Assembly: GCF_006345805.1 (NCBI RefSeq)
Contig: NC_042998.1
Coordinates: 86,118,001 to 86,182,000, forward strand
DNA length: 64,000 nucleotides
Direction of reading: 5' to 3'
DNA from: Octopus sinensis
Lineage: Eukaryota
The position numbers and the translations under genes are program-made. Positions 62,621-64,000 of this stretch are shown here, one piece after another. Within the stretch, counting starts at the first letter, position 1. Every line of letters begins with the position of its first letter. Under the pieces are notes generated by a model. The model saw only the letters and a list, made by a program, of their open reading frames with translations. It was not told the origin of the DNA and did not search any database.

Positions 62621-64000
62621 ACATTATCGGAACTATTTATCACTGCTGTTAATAATATAAATAAGTCTAATGTGAATAACAAAATATATTTTCACAAGCA
62701 AAATAGCCAGTTGGCAAATCTCTGTAAGAGATGAAAGTAGTGACTATACTGAGAAGTAATGTTTATTGCCACTTCAAGATGGCTGTTCTACACAAAGGGG
62801 GCTTCCTCTTGGGGGTTAAAAATGGTGGTAACACCAGTTCATTTGGAACAGCCATGTTGCAGTGGCAACAAACATTACTTCTCAGTATAGTTACTCATTT
62901 CATCTCTTGCAAAGATTTTCTAACTAGTTACTTTGCTTGTTGCAAGATCAGTGACTGATTGTCACTTATTTTTCTATATGTTGCAAACTGGGGTGAATTA
63001 CTGCTGTCACTAGCAGACATGTATCCAGCACTGAGGATAGGCAAAAGTAGCCCAAAACCAGACAGTCTGCTGGTCCTGTCAAGTCACATAAAGATGGTAG
63101 AGGTTCACACCTTGCTTGCAAAATATATTAGGTGCAGATTACTAGAGGAGACTTCCTCTTGGGGGTTAAAGAATGGTAGTAATGTCAGTTCATACAGAAC
63201 AGCTATATTGAAGTGGTGACAAACATTACTTCTCAATATATATTAGTTCTATCTTGGGAGAGTCAATCTGCTGATAAGAACAAACATATTCAGGTTCAAT
63301 TCCACTTCTTTATACTTAGTCAATTATTTAAATATCTATCTATCAAACTAATGATCATTTGTTTAATGTATTGGTTAAACCAGTAGTTTCCAAAATGGGC
63401 AATACCACTCCTCTCGGTGGGGTGGAAAGATCCAAGGTGGCACTGGAAAGAAAGGGGCAATGGAGGGCAATGCCCCCCTCTACTTTTCAATGTTACATTT
63501 AAGTTTAAGAAATAGTGCTCAAATATCAATCTGGAAAATGTTTTAGTAAAACTAACTTCAAAAAGCAAGAACAGAACAAAAATTTTTTTAAAAATCCAAA
63601 AGTTTACTAACAAAGCTGGTTATAAGATTTTAAAGAAAGTTTTCAGGAAGATGTAAACAAAGGACATTGAACAAAAGCAACAGCAACAGTGAGAAGAACA
63701 GATCATCATCATCGTTTAAAGTCCATTTTCCATGCTGGCATAGGTTGGATGGTTTGACTGAGGTCCAGAGAGCCAGCACCAGGCTCCAATCTGATCTGGC
63801 AATGTTTCTATAGCTGGATGCGCTTCCTAATACCAACCACTCTGAGAGTGCTTTTACATGCCACCAACACAGGAGCTAGTCAGGCAGGCCAGGCATTGAT
63901 CATGTTTGGATAGTGCTTTTTATGTACCACCAGCATGGGGCCAGTCATGGGGTACTGGCATTGGCCACGTTGGATGGTGCTTTTCAGGTGCCACCAACAT

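Noticed and set aside
63383-63610. Possible hAT-type terminal fragment (CAGTAGTTTCCAAAATGGG)
   Set aside because: No matching second TIR or TSD was seen.

Overview
This is AT-rich, repeat-dense eukaryotic DNA. The SINE/LINE families and (CAT)n/(TA)n tracts look like an octopod cephalopod genome (inference, not verified). The only host gene I can support is a + strand multi-exon cadherin of the CDH23/Cad87A type, largely missed by the ORF track. It has seven clear exons at 989-47065 covering about three cadherin repeats, plus a candidate 12-nt microexon; two late exons carry small frameshifting deletions. After a 100-N gap (47812-47911), positions 1-11057 recur inverted at 47912-58931. That copy continues to at least about 61800 and holds an extra upstream cadherin exon; it is most likely a mis-scaffolded haplotig. 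The introns contain R4/Dong-like and Tx1/L1-like LINEs sitting in (TAA)n tracts, and many RTE LINE copies with a PHD finger inside the RT and a (GAT)n-tailed 3' UTR. They also contain mariner/maT remnants, tRNA-derived SINEs and Penelope-like fragments. The most interesting items are two small non-coding inverted-repeat elements in (TA)n tracts: one carries a type I hammerhead ribozyme motif (37695-38169), and the other has a circularly permuted structure implying a tandem or circular template (33831-34574). All alignments were done by eye.
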